Origin: Octopus bimaculoides
Taxonomy: Eukaryota
Direction of reading: 5' to 3'
Length of the DNA: 64,000 nucleotides
NCBI RefSeq assembly: GCF_001194135.2
Contig: NC_068981.1
Location: 177,413,493 to 177,477,492, forward strand
Positions 63,334 to 64,000 of this stretch are shown piece after piece. Both the position numbers and the translations under genes were made by a program. Positions within the stretch are counted from its first letter, which is position 1. Each line of letters starts with the position of its first letter. The notes below the pieces were generated by a model, which worked only from the letters and a program-made list of their open reading frames with translations, had not been told where the DNA came from and did no database searches.

Positions 63334-64000
63334 AGGAAAGCTCCCGGCCCATCAGGAATCACTGCAGAGATGCTCAAAATATCTGGCAGTGTCAGCTATG
63401 GCCTAGTCACCCATATTGTTAACCAGGTGATACACGAAGGAGTCATACCCAATGACTGGTGTAGCAGCACCATAGTCAACTGCTACAAAAGTAAAGGTGA
63501 CGCTTTAGATACAAATAATTCCAGAGGCATGAAGTTGTTAGATCAGGTAATGAAAGTCACGGAGAGGGTCATAGCCCAACTAATTTGGGAGAGAGTCAGT
63601 TTAGATGAGATGCAGTTTGGGTTCATGCCAGGGAAAAGCGCTACTGATGCTATACTTCTGGTAAGGCAGCTGCAGGAGAAATACCTAGCCAAAGATAAAC
63701 CTCTGTACCTCACTTTCGTTGACATGGAGAAAGCCTTTGACAGGGTCCCCCGATCCCTTATCTGGTGGTCAATGAGGAAACTAGGGATAGAAGAATGGTT
63801 AGTGAGAGCTGTGCGAGTCATGTACAGAGACGCTGTCAGTAAGGTGAGGGTTGGCAACGAGTACAGTGAAGAATTCCGGGTAGAGGTAGGAGTCCACCAA
63901 GGTTCAATCCTCAGCCCCCTCCTATTTATCATAGTCCTCCAGGCAATAACAGGGGAATTTAAGACAGGATGTCCCTGGGAGCTTCTCTATGCTGATGACC
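63334..64000 (+). mobile_element. Young 5'-truncated RTE LINE, RT domain, frame open to the window end
   Basis: 222 uninterrupted codons, from RKAPGPSGITAEMLK through QFGFMPGKS, FVDMEKAFDRVPR and VHQGSILSPLLF to LLYADD. Confidence 0.97.

Noticed and set aside
1-64000. CRISPR arrays, rRNA genes, prokaryotic defence systems
   Set aside because: No regularly spaced repeat-spacer structure or rRNA-like sequence is present; the DNA is eukaryotic repeat-rich sequence.

Overview
AT-rich, repeat-dense animal genomic DNA. The repeat repertoire points to a cephalopod (Octopus-like) genome, which is an inference. It includes tRNA-derived SINEs with (TA)n/(TG)n cores, (AAT)n-flanked SINEs, a young (GAT)n-tailed retroposon, RTE, CR1-like, R4/Dong-like and Penelope-like LINE debris, and mariner, DD37D and hAT transposons. 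The window is essentially intronic or intergenic. No host protein-coding gene can be named with confidence. There is a CpG-rich, promoter-like stretch with a strong splice donor near 1.5-2.35 kb, plus a few isolated candidate exons. Most ORFs in the track are transposon remnants, microsatellite artefacts or N-gap artefacts. The most notable signal is two unrelated minimal type-I hammerhead-ribozyme motifs. One lies inside a 355-bp partial tandem repeat that looks like a retrozyme or Penelope pLTR (49161-49598, + strand). The other lies downstream of a tRNA-derived Pol III head in a head-to-head inverted SINE-like element (about 23728-24069, - strand). Four Penelope-like ORF remnants also occur in the window. 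Coordinates of degenerate repeats are approximate.
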